A DNA stretch of 64,000 nt, taken from Bacteroidota bacterium (GTDB taxonomy: Bacteria; Bacteroidota; Bacteroidia; Sphingobacteriales; Sphingobacteriaceae). The stretch covers positions 86,324 to 150,323 of the forward strand of contig JAZJZL010000157.1 of the NCBI GenBank assembly GCA_040389845.1, read 5' to 3'. A program made the translations under genes and the position numbers. The notes under the pieces are model-generated. The model did no database searches. It was not told where the DNA came from and saw only the letters and a program-made list of their open reading frames with translations. Below are positions 28,661 to 38,547 of the stretch, one piece after another; the stretch's first letter is position 1, and the number at the start of each line of letters is the position of its first letter.

Positions 28661-28700
28661 TTGTATATTGTATCCCCCCGTTTTTCCCGGGGATAGATTG

Positions 28701-29189
28701 ATGATCGAGCACGAGATTAAAATAAACTTTAAGTCGTACAGCACTATTAGCGATTTAAGTATTGCAGACCAGCAGCTTTGCGCGGAAGCTGTTAAAGCAA
28801 AAGAGAGTTCCCATTCGCCTTATTCAAAGTTCAGGGTAGGTGCTGCGCTGCGACTACAAAGCGGTAAAATTGTTTACGGCAGCAACCAGGAGAATGCGGC
28901 GTATCCGTCCGGCCTTTGCGCCGAGCGGGTGGCGCTTTTTACATGGGGCGCTAACTACAGCGACGACCCGATAGTAGCCATGGCCGTTACCGCCAGCACC
29001 GACGAATTTGAGCTTTTACATCCCGTAGCCAGCTGCGGCGCATGTTTGCAGGTAATGGCCGAGTATGAAAAAAAACAAAATAAGCCAATTGAGATTGTAT
29101 TATTTTGCCACGACGGCCCGGTTTGGATAATGAAAGGCGTGGAAAGCTTTCTGCCATTCCTGTTTTTTGAAAAGGGACTGAAGAAATGA
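28701..29189 (+). CDS. cdd: Cytidine deaminase
   Basis: PYSKFRVGAA, ENAAYPSGLCAERVA (C/HxE) and SCGACLQ (CxxC). ATG at 28701. Confidence 0.93.
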   Translation: MIEHEIKINFKSYSTISDLSIADQQLCAEAVKAKESSHSPYSKFRVGAALRLQSGKIVYGSNQENAAYPSGLCAERVALFTWGANYSDDPIVAMAVTASTDEFELLHPVASCGACLQVMAEYEKKQNKPIEIVLFCHDGPVWIMKGVESFLPFLFFEKGLKK

Positions 29190-29203
29190 GGCGAAGGCTC
29201 GTA

Positions 29204-29236
29204 AAACTTACGAAGTTTTTAAAACTTCGTAAGTTT
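29204..29236. repeat. 33-nt perfect palindrome (16-bp arms)
   Basis: AAACTTACGAAGTTTT-T-AAAACTTCGTAAGTTT. Confidence 0.85.
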
Positions 29237-29267
29237 AGCGGATGTTCAGGAAGCATACACATCAACC

Positions 29268-29927
29268 ATGAAAATAAAATTATTGCTACTTTTTTTAGGG
29301 ATTGCCATCAGCACTGGCTTACATGCGCAAACCAGCTTCCCATTCGACAACGAGATACGGGACTTCAAACACCAGGACAGCCTGAAAACCCCGCCTAAGG
29401 ATGGTATTTTGTTTATCGGCAGCTCATCTATCCGTAAATGGACGGATTTGGAAAGCCGTTTCCCCAACGAGCCCATTATCCGTCGCGGTGTGGGTGGCTG
29501 CGAGCTTTGGCAGGTGGTGGATTATTATACGAACTATATCTTATTCCCTTATAAGCCACGCAAGATTTTTATTTATGCAGGAGAGAACGACATCGCCGCG
29601 GGTAAAACTGGCAAGTTTGTTTTTGAAGAATTTCAAAAGCTTTGGGGAATGATACATCAAAAGTTGCCCAATACTACCATCTATTTTATGTCGGTAAAGC
29701 CAAGCCCCAGCCGGGCCAAATTTATTGGCGAGGTAAATATCGCGAATGACCTTATCCGGAAATATCTCAGAAACAAAAAGAATAGCATTTATATCGATGT
29801 AAGCACCGTGCTGTTTACATCGGGTACTACCACGCCTGACAATTCGTTGTTTGAAGGTGACTTGCTGCACCTGAATAGCAAAGGGTATGATAAATGGCAA
29901 AAGGTGTTAGAGCCGTTTGTGAGGTAA
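29268..29927 (+). CDS. GDSL/SGNH hydrolase
   Basis: Block I FIGSSSI, block III YAGENDI and block V DLLHLN; signal peptide. Confidence 0.92.
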   Translation: MKIKLLLLFLGIAISTGLHAQTSFPFDNEIRDFKHQDSLKTPPKDGILFIGSSSIRKWTDLESRFPNEPIIRRGVGGCELWQVVDYYTNYILFPYKPRKIFIYAGENDIAAGKTGKFVFEEFQKLWGMIHQKLPNTTIYFMSVKPSPSRAKFIGEVNIANDLIRKYLRNKKNSIYIDVSTVLFTSGTTTPDNSLFEGDLLHLNSKGYDKWQKVLEPFVR

Positions 29928-29950
29928 TGAAACAGTTAATTTGGAGGAAT

Positions 29951-29978
29951 GTAGAGACGTGAAGCATCACGTCTCTAC
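29951..29978. repeat. REP-like palindrome (GTAGAGACG family)
   Basis: GTAGAGACGTGA-AGCA-TCACGTCTCTAC. Related copies lie at 42975-42999 and 43087-43115. Confidence 0.8.
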
Positions 29979-30007
29979 GGGGGGGCTCCAATATTTATCC
30001 TTAAATC

Positions 30008-32446
30008 TCAGTCATCATCATCCTTTTTCTTCTTTTCTAAAATCACAAATGCACTACGCTTCGGAGCGGGTAGCACGGCGTTTTCGCCTTTCACATATTT
30101 CCAGATTACATCGTTTAGCTCAAGGTCGGGGATAGCGTCTTCTTTGGCAAAATTGAATTTTTCAGAACGCAGGCTGCTTTTGTTATCAGCTACGTTGCGC
30201 TGTTCTATGTTAACCTGCGCAGGTTTGGCAGCGAATGGTGTAACATCCGGCGTATTCGAAAAGCACTCATAAAAAGGCAATGCCGAAGCATCGTATTGGC
30301 TCATGGGTGGAAGGCCAAGAATCAATTCGATTGTGCGTAAAACGCCGGAGGTTGAGTACATACTATGTACTACCGCATTGCGCTTTACATAAGGGCCTGC
30401 AACATAAACCGGTGAACGGTGTGCGTCGATATGATCGGGGCCGTTTTGCGCGTCATCTTCCAAAACAAAAACTACCGACTCTTTCCAAATCGGGCTTTTT
30501 GATAAGTGCTCAATCAACTGCCCAACCCCCTGGTCGTTATCTGCAACGGCGGCAATAGGTGAGTAGGCCCCTTTGCGCTGGCCGCTGGTATGGTCGTTAC
30601 CCAGGCGGATGGAATTGAACCGCGGCACCTGGTTAATGGTAAGCAGCGAATCAAAATCATGCTCCCAAACTTTTTCGCGGAAGCGGTCGGTAATACTCAG
30701 ATCAAAACCCGGCGACTGCTCGCATGAATGGCCTTTTAAAGATTTGATGTTTACTTCGTTATGCTCGGCAAATTCGCCATAGGTGCGATAGCTTACGCCG
30801 GCTCGTTTACAGTAGTCCCAAATAAAACCATCGCGCGGGTCGCCAATCTCACGGGTTCCCTCGGAGTCGTAGTTTCCACCGCGACCACCATAGCTGGTGG
30901 GCCAGGTTTTCTCGATAAAATCGGTGGCGTAGGCGGCCATGCTCCAGTTATGCCCGTCGGCGCTAACCTCGGCATCTACATAAAAATTATCCAGCAAAAC
31001 AAACTCGTTGGCTACACTATGCAGGTTTGGCGTAACTTTATTACCGAAAATGCAAAGCGAGGTATCCCCATTACCCTTTGGCATATCGCCCAAAACCTGG
31101 TCATAAGTGCGGTTTTCTTTAATGATATAGAAAACGTATTTAATGGGCGATTTTTCGCCGCGCTTACGCGGGATAGGATTACCTTGCTCGCCCGGGGCCG
31201 TTTCTGCAATTTTATCACTAAAGCGGGCATTAGCATAAACCTGTTTTGAATAGGCTTTCAGCTTAACTTGATCCGGCGCGTCTATGATTGATAGCGTGCC
31301 CTTAAACAGCCCGCCAATATATTGCTCCCTGCTATTAATGGCGCCCTTCTGATAACCGCTGTTGTCGACCTTTTTTATTGGTTGGGGGCCTTCCGGATTG
31401 GCCATTGACGTAAAGCCTTTTCCGTTGGATACAAATATTTTATTACCCAGCGTTTTTACATTAGTCGGATACCAGCCTACGGGGATAAAGCCCATGCTTT
31501 TGCTGCTGCCGGGTTTGCTCACGTCAAAAACGGCGAGACAATTGTTGTCGGCATTGGCGATATAGAGCGTTTTTTCATTGGGCGATAAGGCCAGTCCGTT
31601 TGTGGTAGAGCCGGTAAGCCTTGTCGGATAAAGCGATGTCGATATCACCTCGGCAGTTTTACGGTTTGCCGTATTAATTACTGAAACGGAGTTATCATTG
31701 GCATTGGCCACAAAAAGCCATGTTCCTTTTTTATTCAACAAAATCTCGTTAGGGTGATTGCCGGTTTTTATGCTGCCGTTGAGTTGGCCGGTACGGGTAT
31801 CATAACAAGCAACCGCTTCACCTCCCCAAATGGAAATATACAATGTCTTTTCATCTGGCGATAAGATACAGCTATAGGCTTCGGCAGCAAGCTTCAGTTT
31901 ATTTAAAACTTTTTTGCTTGCCGGGTCAATTACGTAAAGTGAGCTATCTTCCTTGGTTACTGTATACAGGCGCGTATTGCTTTTATTTACAACGATGCCG
32001 GTAGTGCATATTTTATTTTTCGGCCAGGGCGAACCCAGTTTAATAGTATCAGCAGCTCCTATTTTGTTGTTTTGTATTGCATAAGCAAGTATGATGTTAT
32101 CATTACCGCCTGATGCGTACAATGTCTTTTCATCATGACTGAAGGCTAAACCATACCAGGCTTTTTTAATTATTTTATCATCCAGCAAGGTTTCATTTTT
32201 GGGATCGATCAACTGGACAGATTGCGTACTTTGGCCGTTATTGGTTACCGCCATTAGGTTACCAGATGCAGAAACGGCAATATTCAACGGTAAATCACCA
32301 AGTTTAAGCGAACGCCCGGCAGGGCTTAGTTTCCAGCCGTTAGGTAACAAAACCTGTCCTGTTTTTTCAATTTTACCCGGGGTTTGGGCCATGCATTGAG
32401 TCGCGAGCGCCAGGGTAGCTACGCAGATGGTAAACTTTGTTTTCAT
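30008..32446 (-). CDS. Bifunctional YncE-type beta-propeller / alkaline-phosphatase-superfamily phosphoesterase
   Basis: YVTN-like propeller repeats, then IKENRTYDQVLGD, SADGHNW, LGNDHT and EDDAQNGPDHIDAHRS. Confidence 0.92.
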   Translation of the reverse strand: MKTKFTICVATLALATQCMAQTPGKIEKTGQVLLPNGWKLSPAGRSLKLGDLPLNIAVSASGNLMAVTNNGQSTQSVQLIDPKNETLLDDKIIKKAWYGLAFSHDEKTLYASGGNDNIILAYAIQNNKIGAADTIKLGSPWPKNKICTTGIVVNKSNTRLYTVTKEDSSLYVIDPASKKVLNKLKLAAEAYSCILSPDEKTLYISIWGGEAVACYDTRTGQLNGSIKTGNHPNEILLNKKGTWLFVANANDNSVSVINTANRKTAEVISTSLYPTRLTGSTTNGLALSPNEKTLYIANADNNCLAVFDVSKPGSSKSMGFIPVGWYPTNVKTLGNKIFVSNGKGFTSMANPEGPQPIKKVDNSGYQKGAINSREQYIGGLFKGTLSIIDAPDQVKLKAYSKQVYANARFSDKIAETAPGEQGNPIPRKRGEKSPIKYVFYIIKENRTYDQVLGDMPKGNGDTSLCIFGNKVTPNLHSVANEFVLLDNFYVDAEVSADGHNWSMAAYATDFIEKTWPTSYGGRGGNYDSEGTREIGDPRDGFIWDYCKRAGVSYRTYGEFAEHNEVNIKSLKGHSCEQSPGFDLSITDRFREKVWEHDFDSLLTINQVPRFNSIRLGNDHTSGQRKGAYSPIAAVADNDQGVGQLIEHLSKSPIWKESVVFVLEDDAQNGPDHIDAHRSPVYVAGPYVKRNAVVHSMYSTSGVLRTIELILGLPPMSQYDASALPFYECFSNTPDVTPFAAKPAQVNIEQRNVADNKSSLRSEKFNFAKEDAIPDLELNDVIWKYVKGENAVLPAPKRSAFVILEKKKKDDDD

Positions 32447-32536
32447 ATCAATAACAAAAAGATGTTTCCAAAATTAAAGAATGATTTTGAAGGATGGGTA
32501 GAGTTAACATAAAGATAACCTACGGGCTAATTCCCG

Positions 32537-33340
32537 TTACTTTAGCCCCATCACCATAAAACCCTGGAACGACGCAAAAAAAATGCCCTCATTATTATCG
32601 TGTTCCAGTATTGCCCACCAATCATTAATCTCTTTAGATGTAAACACGTTTTCATCAACCCCTGTTTGGATTATACCACCAATAATGCGTTTAACCAACT
32701 CCAGCGGGTGACTGTATCCGCAGGCTTTTACCTTGATATTTTTAAACCCAAACCGCTTAAAATAACTGAACAATTTACTGCCAATACGGCCGGACGGAAA
32801 CCTGTCGGATATAAATTCAACTATTTTGCGGGTAAGTGCTGTGTCCGGGTGGGCAATAACCAGTGCATCCCAATCTACATCGTAAACCAGCAGCTTCCCG
32901 CCAGGTCTTAGCAATCTTAAGTATTCTGTAAATACGGCATCGATATCTTTTACATACATCAATACCCGCTCGGTTCGGATATGGTCGAAACTTGTATCGG
33001 CAAAAGGCTGGGTACCGGCTTGTGCTATAAGAAAATTAAGATTTGCTGCCGGCGAACCATGCCTGGCTTTTGCCATCGCGATCATTCCCTGGCTTGCATC
33101 AGTCCCCGTTATCGAGCCTGTTGTGCCGGCTAACTTGGTCATGGCGTGTGCCTGGTCGCCGATGCCGCAGCCAATATCGAGTATATGGTCACCGGGTTGT
33201 ATATTTAACCAGTCGAGCTGTTGCTGAAAGCCATCCCGAACGGTTTCGCAATTGTGCACGTCCTCCAGGAATTTTACCAGGTAGCCTGTATCGGAATTAT
33301 CGGCATTTTGAAAGCCTGCAGTGATGTCCTGATTTTGCAT
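32537..33340 (-). CDS. Class I SAM-dependent methyltransferase (UbiE-like)
   Basis: ILDIGCGIGD motif I, and RTERVLMYV...LRPGGKL. Confidence 0.9.
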   Translation of the reverse strand: MQNQDITAGFQNADNSDTGYLVKFLEDVHNCETVRDGFQQQLDWLNIQPGDHILDIGCGIGDQAHAMTKLAGTTGSITGTDASQGMIAMAKARHGSPAANLNFLIAQAGTQPFADTSFDHIRTERVLMYVKDIDAVFTEYLRLLRPGGKLLVYDVDWDALVIAHPDTALTRKIVEFISDRFPSGRIGSKLFSYFKRFGFKNIKVKACGYSHPLELVKRIIGGIIQTGVDENVFTSKEINDWWAILEHDNNEGIFFASFQGFMVMGLK

Positions 33341-33375
33341 GGTTTATTATTTGTGGTTATTAGCACGTCGGCAGC

Positions 33376-35064
33376 TTACCTCCCCGTCATATCAAGAACA
33401 ATATCACCGCCCTCCGCATTTAACCTCCAAACAATACCGTCCCCGGGGCTGCTAAACTTACCCCTGACAGCAGTAAGGCCGTAATTCAAACCTTCAAAGG
33501 TTGCATTCAATTTCTTATTGCTGATATTTTTAAAAGGTAGTTTAACATCATTTGCCGTAGTTAGATCGAGGTACCAGTCAATGGGCTTGTCTGTTTCCAA
33601 ATGAATTTTAACCCGCCTCTCGTCGAAACTCATTGTCAAAGTTCCTTCAACCGTTTTTAATGGCCACGTAATAGCCAGTTTGCCTTTTACCGCATCGCTG
33701 ATTACCGGGTCTCCGCCCTGCAGCAGTGTTTCCTTGCTATCAATAACCGCTTTAAACCGTAGTCCGGCCAGGTTATTGGGTTTGCTCCATAAATATCCAT
33801 CCACAACAGGGAGGGTGAAAAACGTACACTCATTAGATGTTGCCTTTTGCTTTTCATAAACCGATGGAAGCTTCTCATCAAACAAATGAATATCACGGAA
33901 ACGCAGGCTGCCATCTTCCCACAACAAATTAGCGCGATAAAAACGACTGTCGAACCAAACTGTTTTGCTGTTACCGCCGGGCAAATCATCATTAACTGTC
34001 ACGGCTGTAGCTGGCGTCACCTTATAATGACTGCTAAACCACCTGCCCGATTGCTCCAAAGTCTCTACTTTTACTTTGCCCTGGTCGCGTAACTGAGCTA
34101 TCAGCGGAAATTGTATTTCCAGACCTTTCGACATTGCATCCCAGGTGAAGGAGTTTTCCTGCCCGGCCTGTGTGTAGGCAAATTCCATCGAGGCGCCTTC
34201 CGTAAATTGCTTAAAAAACCAGTTAACCCATGTGGAATCACCGCCGGCATGTTTGTAAACAGGCTCAAGCGTAGTAACACCCTGGCGCGAGTTGCCGAGG
34301 CCGTTATCATACTGCCTTACCGGGTCGCTGCCCAGCATACGGAAAATAGGCACCGGGATTTGGTTTATCGCGTTTTGAGCAGGCATGTATGAATTTATTT
34401 TGCTGGGATAATAAGCCTGGTTCCAGTAGCCACCCCACATGGTGTATCCATCTGTGCCATATTGGTCTTTGCAATTGGCCGAGGCTACGATGTGGTATTT
34501 TTGATAAAGATAATTCAGCGTATGCGCATCAATAAACCAGGATGCTACCGATTTTGGGTAATAGCCAAAAATCTTTTTAAATTGATGAAAATAGGTATCG
34601 GCCAGCTTATTGCGTTCGGCCGGGGTATAGCCGGTTGCAAAGCCAATGTTCGCCCGCCAGTCCCACGGGTAACGGCCCCGCCATTTCATACCGGCTTTTT
34701 CAACCATTGGCTGTGGTATTTCCCACCAGGCACCGATTTCAAATTTGTCGCGGGGCAGCGTTTTTAGTAGTTTCTGATAGCGCGGGTCAATCAGCGCGTC
34801 GTATTGCAGCAAAAAAGTTCCGCCAAGGTTATATTTCTTCATCAGCTCTACCTGTTTAACCACGGTTTGATACAGCACATCCTCGGTGATGGCCGAATCG
34901 CGCGGCTCCAGCAGGCGGATGAAGTTAACGATGTTGACGATCTTGGGTTTAGCGTTTGCCGGGATTCCGTTTTTGGGTTTGATAACATTACTTGTAAATG
35001 CCGCAAGCACAATCAAAGCAGCAAAGATGGCCGGCACAAAGAAATATTTGATGGATTTGTTCAT
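33376..35064 (-). CDS. Secreted uncharacterised protein, possibly carbohydrate-active
   Basis: Signal peptide; Trp/Tyr-rich barrel-like core (NIVNFIR, TFLLQYDAL, GAWWEIP, YYPKSVASWFID) plus a beta-rich C-terminus. No family identified with certainty. Confidence 0.7.
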   Translation of the reverse strand: MNKSIKYFFVPAIFAALIVLAAFTSNVIKPKNGIPANAKPKIVNIVNFIRLLEPRDSAITEDVLYQTVVKQVELMKKYNLGGTFLLQYDALIDPRYQKLLKTLPRDKFEIGAWWEIPQPMVEKAGMKWRGRYPWDWRANIGFATGYTPAERNKLADTYFHQFKKIFGYYPKSVASWFIDAHTLNYLYQKYHIVASANCKDQYGTDGYTMWGGYWNQAYYPSKINSYMPAQNAINQIPVPIFRMLGSDPVRQYDNGLGNSRQGVTTLEPVYKHAGGDSTWVNWFFKQFTEGASMEFAYTQAGQENSFTWDAMSKGLEIQFPLIAQLRDQGKVKVETLEQSGRWFSSHYKVTPATAVTVNDDLPGGNSKTVWFDSRFYRANLLWEDGSLRFRDIHLFDEKLPSVYEKQKATSNECTFFTLPVVDGYLWSKPNNLAGLRFKAVIDSKETLLQGGDPVISDAVKGKLAITWPLKTVEGTLTMSFDERRVKIHLETDKPIDWYLDLTTANDVKLPFKNISNKKLNATFEGLNYGLTAVRGKFSSPGDGIVWRLNAEGGDIVLDMTGR

Positions 35065-35596
35065 TATATAGATAGGATTGCAGCTTTTGGTGACAGCCGC
35101 GGTTCCGACTAAATTAGAATTATAAAATGATTATAAAAAGGCTGGCTGTCCTGTACTGTTTCGCGGGGCACATGTTTTTAGTTAATGAATATTTGATTTT
35201 TTCACCCCAAAAAATGCAGTTTGTTCAGCATTATTTATCTTCAATAATGTGGATAAGTGGGTTTATAGTGTTTACACTTTTTAAATTAATCATTAATTAA
35301 ATAATTGATAATGAGTAATTTAATAAAATTAGTCGGGTTTGCACTTTTTGTTTTTTTAAGTGATTTATGAACGTTGATAATTCTTCTCCGGCACACCTGT
35401 ACCGTATAAACTTAGGCAACAGAACGTATCTCACTGTTATCGGCCGGTTAATCAGGATGAATTGGTATTAACCGCTATCGGCGTAGTCCACGGATAATTA
35501 GAGGGGAAATGCATGTAACACAGCTGTTACAACTTTTTAGAATAACCTGCCGTATAATGTGTCACTAATACACTTTAACTATTGTCCAAAGCGGGT

Positions 35597-36457
35597 ATGA
35601 AAAGAACTTTTACAATTATTAGCCTGGTTTTATTGACTGCTGCGGCACAAGCCGGTAACGGGTTTAAATACGCGCTGCGAGATTCGACGGCTGTTATTGA
35701 GTTGAACAAACAGGCATTTTCTTCACGTTTGGTTAACCCGGTGCAAACCGTTAGCGGTGCAGGCAAAGCGCTCGAAATTTCCAAACAAATCAACTACATC
35801 CGCGGCCTCGCCGAATCCAACCGTGTAATAGGTATCGGCTACTATTACCTCGACAAGCAAAGTAACGCCATCAGCCATTATATCACTGCTTTAAATTATT
35901 TTGAACAGCTAAAGGACTTATATGGACAGGGTAAAGTGTGTAACAATATCGGCAACCTGTACCGCTATCTTGATTCCAGGTTGTCGCTTGATTTTTATAA
36001 CAGATCGTTGGCGATAGCGCTTAAAACGGCAGATAGCCAGCAGGCGGCCGGTATCTATAACAGCATGGGGACCATATACTATAGTCAAAAAAGTTTTACA
36101 AAGGCTCTGAACTATTATAATAAAGGCGGCGTGTTGTTTGCCACGCTAAAAGATTCTGCAAACATGGTTCAGTGTGTGCAGAACTGCGGTAATATTCACC
36201 TTGCGCTGCACCAATACGACAGGGCCGAAGGCTATCTCGTTAAAGCCAGTGCTTTCGCGAAAAAGTTGGACTTAAATGAAATGGCGGCTTCGTCTGACTT
36301 TTTCCTGGCCCAGGCCTACATCGGCCAAAACAAATTTAAACAAGCCGAAAAAACCATCCGCGAAGGAATGAAATACGCCTCCATAATTCGTAATGGCAAG
36401 CTAAGCAAAGATTTAGAGGACCTGAAGGTACAGGCAGAACAAAGGCGTAGAGGATAA
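35597..36457 (+). CDS. Secreted tetratricopeptide repeat protein
   Basis: Signal peptide (MKRTF...AQA) and TPR units (NNIGNLY, YNSMGTIY, QNCGNIH). Confidence 0.85.
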   Translation: MKRTFTIISLVLLTAAAQAGNGFKYALRDSTAVIELNKQAFSSRLVNPVQTVSGAGKALEISKQINYIRGLAESNRVIGIGYYYLDKQSNAISHYITALNYFEQLKDLYGQGKVCNNIGNLYRYLDSRLSLDFYNRSLAIALKTADSQQAAGIYNSMGTIYYSQKSFTKALNYYNKGGVLFATLKDSANMVQCVQNCGNIHLALHQYDRAEGYLVKASAFAKKLDLNEMAASSDFFLAQAYIGQNKFKQAEKTIREGMKYASIIRNGKLSKDLEDLKVQAEQRRRG

Positions 36458-36589
36458 TAGTGGTTGTAGCTAAGCCACCATTATTCAAGGTAAGCCCTTA
36501 CCCTATAAACTTCGCTCCCGCTCCGGGGGGAAGGAGTCGCGCAGACCAGTGCTTCTTCTTTCAGCAGCGCTTCGCCCGCAGGCATCCCG

Positions 36590-38539
36590 TTAAAATATAT
36601 CCGCCTTTTTAATCCCCAGCTTCTTCATTTTAGAGTTAAGCGTTGTTGGCGGCAGGCTCAGTAATTCCGCAGCGCCGCCTTTGCCCCATACCTTGCCGTT
36701 GCACTTTTTTAAAACTGCAGTAATGTGCGCTTTTTCATTTTCACTCATTGATTGCAGACCGGCATCGGAAGGCCGGGTAGCAGCCCCTTGCTGTGAGGTA
36801 ACCGGCAGCGCCATATTTTCAATGTAATCGCCTTTGGCCAGCAGCACGCCCCGTTCCACCAGGTTTTCCAGTTCGCGGATATTGCCGGGCCAGTTATAAT
36901 GCTGCATATCCTCCATTACCGAGGGCGATACTCCCCTGATATGCTTCCCTGCCTTACGGTTATAAATATTCAGGAAGTGTGCCGTAAGTGCCGGTATGTC
37001 TTCACTACGTTCGCGCAAGGGCGGCATTATGAGTTGAATTACATTAAGCCTATAGTATAAATCCAATCTAAAACGCCCTTCGGCCACTTCCTTTTCAAGG
37101 TTTCGGTTGGTCGCGGCAATAACACGCACGTCAGTTTTAATGGTCACCCGTCCGCCGATGCGTTCTATTTCCTTTTCCTGCAAAACGCGCAGCAGCTTCA
37201 CCTGCATCTCTAAAGGTATTTCGCCAACCTCGTCCAAAAAGATAGTTCCGGTATGTGCCATTTCAAAGCGGCCTGTTTTACGTTCGTGCGCACCGGTAAA
37301 TGCCCCTTTTTCATGCCCGAATAATTCGGAATCAATCAAAGAAACAGGCAGGGCGGCACAATTAACCTTAATAAACGGTTTGTCCTTTCGTGGCGAAAGC
37401 TGGTGTATGCGGGCCGCAATCTTTTCTTTCCCGGTGCCGCTCTCACCAAGTATAAGTACGGATGTATCGTGGGGAGCTACCTGTTGTATCTGGTCAAAAA
37501 CATTCAATAGCAGGTAACTGTTGCCTATAATTCCATCAAAACTACCTTTATCTGCAAGTGGCACATGTGCGCCGTAGCTTTTCTGCGCACTTGCTACAAC
37601 GGTAAAGGGGCTTTGACTGTCGCCAAGCATCCGTTCTGTAAAGTTCATCAGCAAGGGTTTAAAACGCTCCGCCAATACCAGGTGGTCGGCGTGGTAGGCG
37701 TCATCGCGCCGGCTGTAAAAGCAAAAACAAAAAGTATTTGAACCATCAGGCCTGACAGGAATAACCAGGTGCGATTTAATCGAGTAAGTTCTTGCTATCA
37801 GTTGTTTAAAAGGCGCAGCAGCAAATAAACCGGCAAACTCTTTTTCGTTATACCAGGTGGCAACCGTTTCCGGCGTACATTTTGAGTTTAAGGCAGCCAG
37901 TTCATTTAACTTAAGGTTGGTAATTATCGATAACTCGCTGGGTGTAATAGTCTGGTATTCTTCAAAGCCTATCCTCAAAAAACCAATCTCGTTAAAAGCG
38001 CTTTCTGCACTACCCGGTAACCCTACCGACATATACTCAAACGGAATATAGGGCTGCAAAGCCTGGCCAAGCTGCAACAACTTTTGCTCCCATTTTACCA
38101 GGCTGTCTGCTATCTGTGCTACTCTCTTTTGTAATACGGCCTGCTGGCGTGAGGTGTTTTCCTGGTTATTATCGTGCCGGTAAAGCGCAATATCTATCGC
38201 CACCAGTACATCTTTTTCCCTGAACGGCTTAACGATAAAGCCATACGGGTTAGTTTTTTTGGCAGCTTCCAGCACCTGTTGATTGGAGTTTGCTGAGATA
38301 TAGATAAAGGGGATGTTTACCTCGGTTAAAGTCCTGGCCAGGTCAATGCCTGTTTTTTTACCTTTCAGGTATATATCCAGCAAAACCAATTCTGGCTGAT
38401 GTTTTTCAACCATTTGCAATGCCTCGTCTACCGTATCGGCAATACCGCATACCTCAAACTTATTTCTACGGAGGATATCCTGCAAAACATCAGCGATGAT
38501 ATACTCATCTTCAACTATCAGCATTTTTCTCTTTTCCAT
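36590..38539 (-). CDS. Sigma-54-dependent activator (REC - GAF-like - AAA+ - Fis HTH)
   Basis: REC (IVEDE, LLDIYL, FIVKPF), Walker A GESGTGKE, intact GAFTGA, FLDEVGE, WPGNIRELEN and a C-terminal HTH. Confidence 0.93.
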   Translation of the reverse strand: MEKRKMLIVEDEYIIADVLQDILRRNKFEVCGIADTVDEALQMVEKHQPELVLLDIYLKGKKTGIDLARTLTEVNIPFIYISANSNQQVLEAAKKTNPYGFIVKPFREKDVLVAIDIALYRHDNNQENTSRQQAVLQKRVAQIADSLVKWEQKLLQLGQALQPYIPFEYMSVGLPGSAESAFNEIGFLRIGFEEYQTITPSELSIITNLKLNELAALNSKCTPETVATWYNEKEFAGLFAAAPFKQLIARTYSIKSHLVIPVRPDGSNTFCFCFYSRRDDAYHADHLVLAERFKPLLMNFTERMLGDSQSPFTVVASAQKSYGAHVPLADKGSFDGIIGNSYLLLNVFDQIQQVAPHDTSVLILGESGTGKEKIAARIHQLSPRKDKPFIKVNCAALPVSLIDSELFGHEKGAFTGAHERKTGRFEMAHTGTIFLDEVGEIPLEMQVKLLRVLQEKEIERIGGRVTIKTDVRVIAATNRNLEKEVAEGRFRLDLYYRLNVIQLIMPPLRERSEDIPALTAHFLNIYNRKAGKHIRGVSPSVMEDMQHYNWPGNIRELENLVERGVLLAKGDYIENMALPVTSQQGAATRPSDAGLQSMSENEKAHITAVLKKCNGKVWGKGGAAELLSLPPTTLNSKMKKLGIKKADIF

Positions 38540-38547
38540 ATATGTAA

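Noticed and set aside
35100-35580. Riboswitch or ncRNA in the long divergent spacer
   Set aside because: No recognisable TPP, cobalamin or SAM core motifs. Only a short TGTAACA-CAGC-TGTTACA inverted repeat, which is not enough for a call.
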